Source: Candidatus Parvarchaeota archaeon
GTDB lineage: Archaea; Nanobdellota; Nanobdellia; Parvarchaeales; Parvarchaeaceae
Direction: 5' to 3'
Assembly (NCBI GenBank): GCA_023269965.1
Contig: JAGDXU010000019.1
Location: 1 to 54,535 of the forward strand
Length of the DNA: 54,535 bases
In this document: in pieces, positions 45,487 through 54,535 of the stretch
Position numbering within the stretch: the first letter of the stretch is position 1
How the letters are laid out: each line of letters opens with the position of its first letter
The notes under the pieces: model-generated
What the model was told of the DNA's origin: nothing
The model's database searches: none
Seen by the model: only the letters and a program-made list of their open reading frames with translations
Made by a program: the position numbers and the translations under genes

Positions 45487-46350
45487 ATGGCAACTGTGAA
45501 AGGTAATAATGCAGGAGCAGCGCCAAATGCACAAACTAATCAAAGCAAAAGATTGGGTTTAGAGGGTATACTCGGAAAATATCACTATCACAGCAATTTA
45601 GATCAGCTTATCCAGCAGTACACTAAGAAGATGAAAGCTGGAGATTCTTCAAGATACGAGTTAATTTCGCCGATATATGGTTCTGCGATTCAATTGAGCA
45701 GAGACGAAGGCGGAAAAGCATTAGAGAACCAGATGAATACGCTCTTTAAGGCTTACCAAATAGCGTGGAAGAACAATGAACTTACAAGCGAGATGGAAAA
45801 AAATATGATAAGCTCCATCGATGGTCTACTTGGAAAGTTCAGAGAAGACATTAAAACAAATATAAAGGGAAGCGACCTATACAACCTTCTGCCATTGATA
45901 TTTTTCAATAAAGACTTACGTAATCAATTAGGTGGTCTTTACAATAATCTAACATCAGATCCTGCCCTGAAGGACACTAATAAAAAAGTAACTTTATATG
46001 ATAACCTTAGCGATAAGCAAAAAGATCCTAAAGAAAGATTAACTGACTACTTTAGTTCGCTTTCAAACGATGCTTATAACGCGTACATGAAAAAAGGACA
46101 TTCAAAAGAAGACGCAGACAAACTTATAGGCGGAGCTAAGAAGGCTTATGAATCTATAGTCAATGGCGTAGACAACAACACTTTGAACATGCTCATAGCG
46201 GAGTCCACAAAAGAATTAGAAGATAGTATCCAAATGGAGCTAGGGAAGATAAAGCCAGATTTACTTGAAAAAGCCGCAACAAACCTACAGCCAAGCGAAT
46301 ATTCAAATATAACCGCGATTTACCAAGGTATGAACCAGAGACAGGGTTAA
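45487..46350 (+). CDS. hypothetical soluble, probably all-helical protein
   Basis: 287 aa, hydrophilic, Lys/Asn/Leu-rich, no TM, strong SD. I recognise no motif. Confidence 0.6.
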   Translation: MATVKGNNAGAAPNAQTNQSKRLGLEGILGKYHYHSNLDQLIQQYTKKMKAGDSSRYELISPIYGSAIQLSRDEGGKALENQMNTLFKAYQIAWKNNELTSEMEKNMISSIDGLLGKFREDIKTNIKGSDLYNLLPLIFFNKDLRNQLGGLYNNLTSDPALKDTNKKVTLYDNLSDKQKDPKERLTDYFSSLSNDAYNAYMKKGHSKEDADKLIGGAKKAYESIVNGVDNNTLNMLIAESTKELEDSIQMELGKIKPDLLEKAATNLQPSEYSNITAIYQGMNQRQG

Positions 46351-46384
46351 AACTTTAAATATCGCGGGGCGATTAACATTAAAA

Positions 46385-47599
46385 ATGAACGGTTTAGACG
46401 TAGGAAAATTAAGAGAGGACTTCCCAATACTGAAGAAAAAAATAAACGGAAAGGAATTGATATACTTTGATAACGCCGCCACAACGCAAAAACCTACCCA
46501 AGTCATAGATGGGATAAAATATTTCTACGAAAATTTGAATGCGAATCCTTTACGTAGTATACATACCTTGGCAGAGAAATCAACTAAAGCCTATATCGAT
46601 GCAAAGGAAAAGATCGCAAAATTCATAAACGCAGATTCACCAGATGAGATTATATTCACAAAAAACACGACCGAATCTATAAATCTGGTATCATTCTCAT
46701 TGAGATTTAAGCCCGGAGATAGAGTGGCCACGACTATGATGGAACACCACTCAAATATACTACCTTGGTTGAGGCTGAAGCCCTATGGGATAAATGTAGA
46801 TTTAGTGGACACTGATGAAAATTTAGAGCTTGACTATTCCTACTATGAAAGGCTGCCTGATGATATAAAACTCGTTACACTTACGCATGAATCAAATGTA
46901 AGCGGAACAATAAACGACGTTGAGAAGGTAGTTAAACTGACTCATGAAAAGGGCGCACTTGTTCTTATAGATGGAGCGCAGTCTGTGCCGCACATGAAAG
47001 TTGATGTAAAGAAGATAGATTGTGATTTTCTCGCTTTTTCAGGCCATAAAATGCTGGGCCCTATGGGTATAGGGGTGCTTTACATAAAAGGCGGTATAGC
47101 TGAGAAGATGAATCCATTTTTGACTGGGGGAGAGATGATAAAAAGTGTAAGATTAGATAATGTAATCTACGCTGATCCACCAGCCTTATTCGAAGCCGGG
47201 ACACAGAATGTGGAGGGTGCTTATGGATTAGGTTTAGCTGTGGATTACCTCAGCAAAATCGGGATGGACAATATAGAAGCACATGAAAAAGAATTAACAG
47301 AATACGCTTTGAAAAAGATGAGTTCACTCGACAATGTGGAGGTATACAGCGGAAAGAGTAGGAATTTCGGGGCGATTATATCTTTTGAAGTCAAGGGATT
47401 ACATCCCCACGACGTTGCTTATCTTCTTGATAGAGAAGGTATAGCTGTAAGGTCTGGATTTCACTGCGCACAGCCATTCATAGAACAGAAACTAAAGCAG
47501 CATGGAACGGCAAGAGCAAGCTTTTACCTTTATAACACTCACGAGGAGATAGATAGATTCATAGAAGCTTTAAAGACAATGAATAAAAAAAGGAGCTGA
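46385..47599 (+). CDS. sufS: cysteine desulfurase, SufS-like (class V aminotransferase)
   Basis: The FSGHKMLGPMGIGVLY PLP-lysine context, RSGFHCAQP and 404 aa. Confidence 0.85.
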   Translation: MNGLDVGKLREDFPILKKKINGKELIYFDNAATTQKPTQVIDGIKYFYENLNANPLRSIHTLAEKSTKAYIDAKEKIAKFINADSPDEIIFTKNTTESINLVSFSLRFKPGDRVATTMMEHHSNILPWLRLKPYGINVDLVDTDENLELDYSYYERLPDDIKLVTLTHESNVSGTINDVEKVVKLTHEKGALVLIDGAQSVPHMKVDVKKIDCDFLAFSGHKMLGPMGIGVLYIKGGIAEKMNPFLTGGEMIKSVRLDNVIYADPPALFEAGTQNVEGAYGLGLAVDYLSKIGMDNIEAHEKELTEYALKKMSSLDNVEVYSGKSRNFGAIISFEVKGLHPHDVAYLLDREGIAVRSGFHCAQPFIEQKLKQHGTARASFYLYNTHEEIDRFIEALKTMNKKRS

Positions 47600-47614
47600 G
47601 ATAACAAGATTAAG

Positions 47615-47998
47615 ATGGACGAGATGAAATTCTACGAACTAAGTGAAATCTACAAGAACCCGCCTCACTTCAAGAAGATAGAGAATCCCACTTACTCTTA
47701 TGAGGGCTTTTCACCTTCATGTGGGGATAACTTTACAGTTTACCTAAAGGTAAACGACAAAAAGATAGAAGATGCAAGCTTTTTTGGTTATGGATGTGTA
47801 GTCTCAACTATATCACTTTCTAAATTGTGTGATTATATAATAGGAAAAAATATAGATATCCTCAATGAAATAGATTTAGCTAAAATAGAAGCTTTGGTAG
47901 GCATAGACCAGATAAATCCCAGCAGAATAAAGTGCGCTACTTTAGGTATAGACTCTTTCAAAAAGGCTGTGACAAATAAAAAAGAACCAAAAAATTAA
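47615..47998 (+). CDS. sufU: SufU/IscU-like Fe-S cluster scaffold / sulfur-acceptor protein
   Basis: NifU N-terminal-like Cys contexts SPSCGD, GYGCVVS and IKCATLG. Immediately downstream of sufS. Confidence 0.75.
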   Translation: MDEMKFYELSEIYKNPPHFKKIENPTYSYEGFSPSCGDNFTVYLKVNDKKIEDASFFGYGCVVSTISLSKLCDYIIGKNIDILNEIDLAKIEALVGIDQINPSRIKCATLGIDSFKKAVTNKKEPKN

Positions 47999-48052
47999 AA
48001 TGCGTATGACAAACTTTACTTATATATATTTTAAAATTATATTTAGATAGAT

Positions 48053-48403
48053 ATGAAAGGGCAGGAAATAGGCATATCGACAGTAATTTTAATAGCACTT
48101 GGTTTAATAGTCCTCGTTCTAGTGATAGTCTTTGTCATTTTGCCAATAACAAGGTTCAGCCCGCCACCAAGCAACTATAATCTTACAGAATTTCAACACA
48201 CTTGTCAAGTCGACTGCGGAATAGCCACACAGGACAGCCCCAGCACTACCCAATTCTGCCAAGCGACTGCCTACCTAAACGGACAGATACTTCATTGTTA
48301 CAGCCAATTTGCGCCAAACCAATACATATATGATAATGGACAATGTGTGTATATAGCAAAAAACGGGACACAGATGATTGCTGATTCTTCTACTTGCGTT
48401 TAA
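48053..48403 (+). CDS. secreted or pilin-like protein with a class III-type signal peptide and a Cys-rich C-terminal domain
   Basis: MKGQEIGISTVILIALGLIVLVLVIVFVI, then 6 Cys in the C-terminal 70 residues. Confidence 0.45.
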   Translation: MKGQEIGISTVILIALGLIVLVLVIVFVILPITRFSPPPSNYNLTEFQHTCQVDCGIATQDSPSTTQFCQATAYLNGQILHCYSQFAPNQYIYDNGQCVYIAKNGTQMIADSSTCV

Positions 48404-48417
48404 GGTATTAATTCACT

Positions 48418-49398
48418 ATGGACAGCGAATCAGATTTAAGAAATGAAATAAGAAGGGACTATAGAACGGGAAGATTCACTATAATAGCCCCTGACAGAGG
48501 TAAAAGACCCGAAGATTTCTTTCAGCCCAAAAAAGAACCAAAGATTGGGACAAAGTGTCCGTTTGATCCTGGAAATGAGGAAATGACCGTAGAAATAATG
48601 AGTGTAGGGAATCCCTGGAAAGTCAGAGTCATCGAGAATAAGTACCCAGAATTTTCCCCGGAGATACCATTCGAAGAGGTAGATGGAAAATTGGAATATA
48701 TCTCTGGGTATGGCTACAATGAAGTTGTCATAGACACTCCAATTCACAACATAACTTTTGACAAGCTGAGATTTGAGGAAATGAGGCTATGGTTTGACAC
48801 ATTAATCGAGCGAGAAGCAAATCTTTACACTAAAAATTATATAAAGTACGTACAGATATTCAAAAACTCTGGGCCAGAATCTGGAGAGAGCCTGATTCAC
48901 CCACATACACAGATCATGGCCTGGCCGGCAGTTATAGGAACGATAAAAGATGAGATAGACCACATAAAAGAATACAAAGATAGGTACAACAAGTGCTTAT
49001 ACGAGGACCTAAAAGAACTTGAAGCAGATAGAATCCTAATAGAAACTGAAAAAACTATCGCAGTAGCGCCATACGCTTCAAGATTCGCAGGTGAGTCGAT
49101 GATAGTCCCAAAGAGACATGTAAATTATCTCCAAGACCTGACAGCGGAGGAAAAAGACGACTTTATAAATGTACTAATCTTGATACTCAAAACAAATAAA
49201 AAATTATTCGGAGATTTTTCTTACAACTTCTCATTTCATGATATAAAAAATGAACCTGATTTCCATCTCCATCTTGAGGTATATCCTAGACTTAGCATAC
49301 CAGCGGGAGTAGAGTTCGGACAGAATGTTTTCGTGAATCAACTTCCGCCAGAGGTTTACAGTGAAAGCTTCATCCAAAAACTGAAAGAGACTATTTGA
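48418..49398 (+). CDS. GalT-type HIT-family nucleotidyltransferase (galactose-1-phosphate uridylyltransferase / NDP-sugar phosphorylase-like)
   Basis: The HPHTQIMA active-site H-x-H-x-Q and an N-terminal KCPFDPGNE. Confidence 0.75.
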   Translation: MDSESDLRNEIRRDYRTGRFTIIAPDRGKRPEDFFQPKKEPKIGTKCPFDPGNEEMTVEIMSVGNPWKVRVIENKYPEFSPEIPFEEVDGKLEYISGYGYNEVVIDTPIHNITFDKLRFEEMRLWFDTLIEREANLYTKNYIKYVQIFKNSGPESGESLIHPHTQIMAWPAVIGTIKDEIDHIKEYKDRYNKCLYEDLKELEADRILIETEKTIAVAPYASRFAGESMIVPKRHVNYLQDLTAEEKDDFINVLILILKTNKKLFGDFSYNFSFHDIKNEPDFHLHLEVYPRLSIPAGVEFGQNVFVNQLPPEVYSESFIQKLKETI

Positions 49399-50320
49399 TT
49401 AACTTCTTTTCTTCCAAGAATTTAGTTGCTTCGATAGCTGACATTGCCCCCCACCCAGCAGCAACGACCGCTTGCTTGTATCTTCTGTCTTGAACATCAC
49501 CTGCTGCAAAAACACCATCCTTGCTGGTTTTAACATTGTCATGGGTGACAATATAACCTAAATCATCTATCTGGAGCTGTCCTTTGAATATGTCTGTGTT
49601 TGGGCTGTGACCTATCGCAATGAAAACACCTTGAGTTGGGAGAACTCTCTCTTCGCCGGTTTTAACGTTCTTTAGTTTAACCCCCTCTACATGGTCCTTA
49701 CCAAGTACATCCTCCACAACTGTATCCCAGATTATTTTTATCTTTGGATTAGAGAAAACTCTATCCTGCATTATGCTGCTAGCCCTGAACTTATCTCTTC
49801 TATGTATTATTGTTACATCACTAGCAAACTTAGAGAGATAGCTAGCATCCTCCATAGCACTATCGCCGCCACCTACAACAACTACTGACTTATTCTTAAA
49901 GAAAAAAGCATCGCAAACGGCACACCCAGAAACACCCTTGCCTATAAGTCTCTTTTCATTCTCTAATCCCAACCACTTTGCACTTGCCCCAGAAGCTATT
50001 ATCAGGCTATATGTTTCATATACTGTGTCCTCTACATATATTTTGTAGGGGTAAACATTAAGATCCACTGAGGTAACATCTCTATCGATTATCTTACTTG
50101 GTGGCAAAAACTTCTTTGAATGTTGGCTCATCTTTTCCATAAGATCTGGCCCTAATATTGAATCAAAGCCGGGATAGTTCTCTACGAGCGAAGTCAACAT
50201 AAGCTGCCCACCAGCTTGAAGCCCTCTTATTAACATGGGATCTAAATCATTTCTAGCAGCGTAAATCGCAGCTGCATATCCAGCCGGACCAGAACCGATT
50301 ATTATGACATTCTCAACCAT
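49391..50320 (-). CDS. trxB: thioredoxin-disulfide reductase
   Basis: IIGSGPAGYAAAIYAAR, CAVCDA redox centre and VVGGGDSAMEDA. I place the start at the ATG at 50320 (MVENVIIIG), preceded by GGAGGT, rather than at 50482. Confidence 0.85.
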   Translation of the reverse strand: MVENVIIIGSGPAGYAAAIYAARNDLDPMLIRGLQAGGQLMLTSLVENYPGFDSILGPDLMEKMSQHSKKFLPPSKIIDRDVTSVDLNVYPYKIYVEDTVYETYSLIIASGASAKWLGLENEKRLIGKGVSGCAVCDAFFFKNKSVVVVGGGDSAMEDASYLSKFASDVTIIHRRDKFRASSIMQDRVFSNPKIKIIWDTVVEDVLGKDHVEGVKLKNVKTGEERVLPTQGVFIAIGHSPNTDIFKGQLQIDDLGYIVTHDNVKTSKDGVFAAGDVQDRRYKQAVVAAGWGAMSAIEATKFLEEKKLIK

Positions 50321-50323
50321 CCT

Positions 50324-50329
50324 ACCTCC
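50324..50329 (-). promoter_or_regulatory. Shine-Dalgarno site (GGAGGT) for trxB
   Basis: The minus strand reads caaGGAGGTaggATG. Confidence 0.55.
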
Positions 50330-50576
50330 TTGAACCTTAAATATAGAATTATATATAAATTTATATTTTATAAAAGTGAACGGGAAAACACTTGCCATCA
50401 AGAGGTAAGATAATGGCAAAAGAAAAAAGAAAACATAAATAGTAGAAGAGATAAGATAACAGTATATGCCGATAGTATACAAATTTGAACTATACTATAT
50501 AGGGAAGCTCAAACTTCCAATAGGAGCTGAAAGCTAATGAATTCATTTATAGGTGGGATTAGTTATTCATAGATGT

Positions 50577-52343
50577 ATGGATTACTTTTTAGTTGAAGTT
50601 TCGTATGAGGCTGGCAATAAAGTTGGCGGGATATGGACTGTAATAACCTCAAAATCATCAACAATAAAGAACTTATTTGGAGACGATTATCTTGCAATAG
50701 GCTTCTACAATCCGGCTCAAGCAGCAATAGAGATAGTCGAGTCTGATCCACCAGATTTTATTCTAGAGGCGATAAATGATGTTGGAATTGATAGATCTAT
50801 CTTTCATTTTGGTCATTGGATACAGGCCAATAACCTAAACCTTCTTTTAATAGATTCAAAAGCCTTTGAAAACAGCAAAGTCAATGATATAAAGACTGAA
50901 TTCTGGGAAAAGTTTAAAATAGACTCACTCAATTCACCTGGCGATTACAATGAGCCATTAGCTTGGTCTTATCTAGCGGGAAAATTTATAGCTTCTTTGT
51001 CAAAACACACTAAGAAGAGGATACTATGTCAAGCACATGAATGGTTATCTGCAGGGGCCGTACTTTATCTGAAAGCACACAAAGTTGCTGTACCTACTGT
51101 TTTCACTATACATGCTACAGTACTTGGGCGGGCGATATCATATTCTGGTGGAGACACAGTCAATTTCATATCCTCCAATTCACAGGTGCCTGCTGATATG
51201 CCATATAAATACGGTGTCGCAGCGAAACACTTCACTGAAAAAGCAGGTGCTATCAATGCAGACATTTTCACGGCTGTAAGTGAGACTGTGGCTGAAGAAG
51301 CAGAAGTTATTCTGGAGAAGAAACCTGATGTGATAACAATAAATGGGATAGATATACGTAATCTTCCGACGATAGATGAGATAAACAGCATAAAAACAGG
51401 TGCGCTTGAGAAACTAAACACGTTTTTGAATGCCTATTTTCTCCCGTATTATGATGTAGATTTCACAAATACACCTATATTCTTCACTAGTGGAAGATAT
51501 GAATTCTACGATAAGGGGTTTGATTTATTCATAGACGCGCTCGGAATGCTTGACAAACTTTTACCTGAGGGAAAGAATATTCTCGCAATAATAACTGTCC
51601 CAGCAGGTACCTTTGGGCCTAAGAATGAAGTAGTAGCTAACTATCTTACTTATCTTAGTATACAATCTCAGATAAGAAGAGATATCAAAAGCTTCGATGA
51701 AGTCGCTATGTCTTTACCAACCAATAAAATTTCGAACATAGATAAGATATATTCAAAGATACTCATGGACGCTAAGATGATGATAAAAGAACTGCGTCGA
51801 CCAAGGCCTACAAATCCACCACTATGCCCATTTGTGCTGTCTTACCCGGAGAGTAATGATGCGATAATAAACGAACTAAATAAAGTTGGCCTTCAAAATT
51901 CACAATCAAACAAAGTCAAAGTGATATTCTATCCAAAATATCTAGTAGTAGGCGATGAACTCCTCAACCTTACTTACAATGAGCTGTTATCAACGGTTAC
52001 ATCCGGGTTCTTCCTTTCAAAGTATGAGCCATTTGGCTACACGCCGCTTGAATGCGCGTCATACCTATCGATAAGTTTCACGACCAGCAACTCTGGATTT
52101 GGGAGATATATACAGAAGCTTAAACTAACAGACAGAGGCATATTCACTGAGGACATAGAGGGTACTGGAAAAGATGAAGCCGTGAAGAAGATTGCTTTGG
52201 ATATGCTTCAACTCACAAACTTAGACCAGGATGATCTATTCAATATGAAGACTCTGGCCAGGAAGACAGCTGAGATATTTGATTGGGAGAACCTAATATC
52301 TAATTACCTGAAGGCGTATGAACTGGCTTCGAATAAGGTATGA
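50577..52343 (+). CDS. GT3-type (eukaryote-like) glycogen synthase
   Basis: The N terminus FLVEVSYEAGNKVGGIWTVITSKS matches the GT3 signature (E-x-x-x-E-x-x-NKVGGI-x-TV). The ATG at 50577 is preferred over the GTG at 50553. Confidence 0.75.
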   Translation: MDYFLVEVSYEAGNKVGGIWTVITSKSSTIKNLFGDDYLAIGFYNPAQAAIEIVESDPPDFILEAINDVGIDRSIFHFGHWIQANNLNLLLIDSKAFENSKVNDIKTEFWEKFKIDSLNSPGDYNEPLAWSYLAGKFIASLSKHTKKRILCQAHEWLSAGAVLYLKAHKVAVPTVFTIHATVLGRAISYSGGDTVNFISSNSQVPADMPYKYGVAAKHFTEKAGAINADIFTAVSETVAEEAEVILEKKPDVITINGIDIRNLPTIDEINSIKTGALEKLNTFLNAYFLPYYDVDFTNTPIFFTSGRYEFYDKGFDLFIDALGMLDKLLPEGKNILAIITVPAGTFGPKNEVVANYLTYLSIQSQIRRDIKSFDEVAMSLPTNKISNIDKIYSKILMDAKMMIKELRRPRPTNPPLCPFVLSYPESNDAIINELNKVGLQNSQSNKVKVIFYPKYLVVGDELLNLTYNELLSTVTSGFFLSKYEPFGYTPLECASYLSISFTTSNSGFGRYIQKLKLTDRGIFTEDIEGTGKDEAVKKIALDMLQLTNLDQDDLFNMKTLARKTAEIFDWENLISNYLKAYELASNKV

Positions 52344-53490
52344 TCTCTCTCTTTAGCTTGGAAAGTATATTCATATAGTTTATGTACGCGAGATAAGGAG
52401 AATCGTAAAAATTGAAATATTTATGTATATCGCCGTCAGCGAACCACTTGGTGCACATATAGTAAAAGTTATCTGAGGTCTGTAGGTATCTCCACATTTT
52501 CAAGAGATCATCAGATCCGCTATTCTTAACCTGCTCCTCAAGTTCCTTCAGTCTATTAAACGCACTATCCTGCATCTTATTGCCTAACCAAGCCGATAAA
52601 TCCCGGTCTATGTCGGCCCAGGAGATTATATCTTGAGAATCAAATATTCCAACTCTCTTCAACTTTGATGTCTCTGATACAGTATTGAAGCCGACCTTCC
52701 TTTTAAGCAGTTCATAAGGTAAATATCTTAAAAATTCAAATATTCCAGTCTCTTTCCATTGGTGCTCTCCGAAGGTTTCATAGTCTATAAAGATGTTTAC
52801 AGTGTCCCCATCATTTTTGCTTATCCAATCAGCATACTTATCCGCAGTGAGTGGATAATTGACCCAATCCTTACTAGAGAACCTAAATCCTACATCATCG
52901 CTTAACCTATAATTTCTAAGAAGTATGCCGATATCCCCCTGAGGCGGTTTATACACATAATTTGGGGATCTCCATCCGAGTATCTTGTCCCAGCCTTCCG
53001 CTATTATTCCTTTATAGCCTAAATGCTCCACAGACTCTGCTATCCCGTTTGAGTACATAGCTTCCGTATTTCTGAATACTGTGGGGGAATAATTGAAATA
53101 CTTCTTCATAAGCTGCTTATGCAGTGCTATCTGCTCTACAAATTCATCCTTGCTTATAAGATAAGCCAGAGAATGGTAGTATGTTTCATCCAAAAGATCC
53201 ATATTCCCTGTATCAAATAGTTCCTGGAACTTCTGTATAACTTCGGGTCTGAAGGCTTCTGCCTGTTCAAAGAAAGTTCCAGTAAAAGAAAAAGAGACCT
53301 TTAATTCTGGATGCTCTTTAACAAGGGATATCAACAAGTCCGTTGCAGGTATGTAACATTTATCTGATACGCGGTTGAATATAGATCTATTTCTTTCTAT
53401 GTCAATAAAATTATTATCATTATCAAAGTACAACTCTCTTTTTAGCCTCATGGGCTGATGCACTTCAAAGTAAAAAGTTACATTCGGCAT
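52300..53490 (-). CDS. glycoside hydrolase family 57 protein (alpha-amylase / alpha-glucan-processing enzyme)
   Basis: The N terminus FYFEVHQPMRLK is typical of GH57. 396 aa, next to the glycogen synthase. Confidence 0.7.
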   Translation of the reverse strand: MPNVTFYFEVHQPMRLKRELYFDNDNNFIDIERNRSIFNRVSDKCYIPATDLLISLVKEHPELKVSFSFTGTFFEQAEAFRPEVIQKFQELFDTGNMDLLDETYYHSLAYLISKDEFVEQIALHKQLMKKYFNYSPTVFRNTEAMYSNGIAESVEHLGYKGIIAEGWDKILGWRSPNYVYKPPQGDIGILLRNYRLSDDVGFRFSSKDWVNYPLTADKYADWISKNDGDTVNIFIDYETFGEHQWKETGIFEFLRYLPYELLKRKVGFNTVSETSKLKRVGIFDSQDIISWADIDRDLSAWLGNKMQDSAFNRLKELEEQVKNSGSDDLLKMWRYLQTSDNFYYMCTKWFADGDIHKYFNFYDSPYLAYINYMNILSKLKREIIPYSKPVHTPSGN

Positions 53491-53585
53491 ATGATATTAT
53501 TGATACCCCAAACTTTTTATATGTGACTGTTTAGCATGGGGAACGGTATGGAAATAGATAAAAACCAGCAAAACGTAAGATTTGT

Positions 53586-54535
53586 ATGCCAGATAGCATT
53601 AAAAACTTGGGGAGAGGAGATAGCTTAGAGATAGACTTTAAGGGCACTTTGATCCATGGAGACCTAATAGACAGAAAAGACGGGAGATTAATATTAAAAC
53701 TGAAATCAGGTTATGATATAGCTTTAAAAGAGAATGAGATCTCTCATATAAAACTGATTAAGAAATCTGAAAAAACAGAAGAGAGGAAACCAGCTAATCT
53801 AAAAATTGAAGATCTAAATGACGCAGATGTTGGTATAATAACAACCGGAGGAACTATCGGGTCAAAAGTGGATTATAAGACAGGTGGTGTTTCCCCGACG
53901 TTCACAGCAGAGGACGTAGTCAACTTATCACCTGATATCAAGGTCTATGGAAAGATGTACATAACAAATCTGATGAATGTCTTCTCTGAAAATATGACGC
54001 CTAAGAACTGGATAGACATAGCAAAAGAGGCTGCAACCCATATAAAAAAGGGGGTGAAAGGAGTTGTAGTGACAATGGGCACAGATACTATGCACTATGC
54101 AGCTTCAGCTCTGTCCTTCATGCTCAATCCGCTGTCTGCTCCTATAGTCATCACCGGAGCTCAAAGAAGCGGAGACAGAGGGTCTACAGATGGCAGCACA
54201 AATCTGTTAGCTTCTGTCATAGCCGCCAAAAAATGGGATGGGGGCGAGGCTGTGATATGCATGCATGCGAACATGAGCGATGAGTACAACTTCATACTTA
54301 GGGGGAATAAAGCTAGGAAAATGCACACTGAGAGGAGAGATGCATTTAGACCAATAAACATAAAACCACTTGGAAAGGTATACATAGACGGAAGGATAGA
54401 AAACATAAATGAACATAGAGAGAAATCAGAAGAGACTAAAATCGACACGAAAATAGACGAAAAAGTAGCTCTTTTGATGAGTTACCCTTCATTCGATGGA
54501 AAGATTATTGATTACTATGTTGATGAGGGAATCCA
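53586..54535 (+). CDS. gatD: Glu-tRNA(Gln) amidotransferase subunit D (5' part; continues past the right edge)
   Basis: Not in the track because there is no stop. My translation reads MPDSIKNLGRGDSLEIDFKGTLIHGDL...VGIITTGGTIGSKVDYKTGGVSP...VVVTMGTDTMHYAASALSFML...ITGAQRS. This is an N-terminal AspRS-like domain plus an asparaginase-like domain. Confidence 0.85.
   Translation, partial: MPDSIKNLGRGDSLEIDFKGTLIHGDLIDRKDGRLILKLKSGYDIALKENEISHIKLIKKSEKTEERKPANLKIEDLNDADVGIITTGGTIGSKVDYKTGGVSPTFTAEDVVNLSPDIKVYGKMYITNLMNVFSENMTPKNWIDIAKEAATHIKKGVKGVVVTMGTDTMHYAASALSFMLNPLSAPIVITGAQRSGDRGSTDGSTNLLASVIAAKKWDGGEAVICMHANMSDEYNFILRGNKARKMHTERRDAFRPINIKPLGKVYIDGRIENINEHREKSEETKIDTKIDEKVALLMSYPSFDGKIIDYYVDEGI

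Noticed and set aside
50321-50482. 54-codon N-terminal extension of the thioredoxin reductase ORF
   Set aside because: The extension is hydrophobic junk (MYTIGIYCYLISSTIYVFFFLL...). A GGAGGT site sits immediately before the internal ATG at 50320, which gives a canonical ~309-aa TrxR starting just before the GSGPAG FAD motif.
54161-54448. Two minus-strand ORFs (54161-54448 and 54207-54416)
   Set aside because: Antisense to gatD, whose plus-strand translation has unambiguous asparaginase-domain motifs.
1-54535. Search for CRISPR arrays, rRNA genes, intact IS elements or prophage, and integrases
   Set aside because: I saw no regularly spaced direct repeats apart from the 108-nt coding repeat at 5-200. 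There are no rRNA-like GC-rich blocks and no integrase or transposase ORF beyond the TnpB remnant.

Overview
This 54.5 kb window looks like AT-rich, densely coding archaeal chromosome. Supporting signs are archaeal-type tRNAs, GatD, class III (pilin-type) signal peptides, a candidate tetraether-lipid radical SAM enzyme, an H+-type P-type ATPase, a family-5 UDG and GGAGG Shine-Dalgarno sites. A Thermoplasmatales-like acidophile is my guess only. Several convergent gene pairs overlap at their 3' ends. Recognisable content, left to right: a frameshifted MoxR-like AAA+ ATPase followed by a tandem-repeat protein (cut by the window edge); DUF218; a short stretch of gene debris; a loose cassette of modification enzymes (atypical kinase, GT-A glycosyltransferase, HprK-like P-loop protein, Nudix-methyltransferase fusion); a di-heme cytochrome b-like protein; an SDR; a COG1964-type radical SAM enzyme; a GNAT plus amidohydrolase pair; a divergent RibA-like protein plus a nitrilase-superfamily protein; a TnpB remnant; dodecin; a sulfocyanin-like protein that appears to lack its copper ligands; an Opp/Dpp-type peptide ABC operon; an ABC-2 exporter; the AmmeMemoRadiSam triad with a malic enzyme inserted; a degenerate SelB/EF-Tu-like protein; HisRS; a P-type ATPase; three tRNAs; an MFS transporter; UDG; SufS/SufU; a GalT-like protein; TrxR; a GT3 glycogen synthase plus GH57; and the 5' part of gatD. 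I saw no CRISPR array, no rRNA and no intact mobile element. The most interesting unexplained signals are: (1) a two-gene small-membrane-protein module present three times, twice directly downstream of redox-type proteins; (2) the ligand-less cupredoxin operon; (3) the degenerate translational-GTPase pair; (4) the RibA-like / CN-hydrolase / dodecin neighbourhood; and (5) the AAA+ / repeat-protein pair. All functional calls come from motifs I read by eye in the translations. No database search was run.
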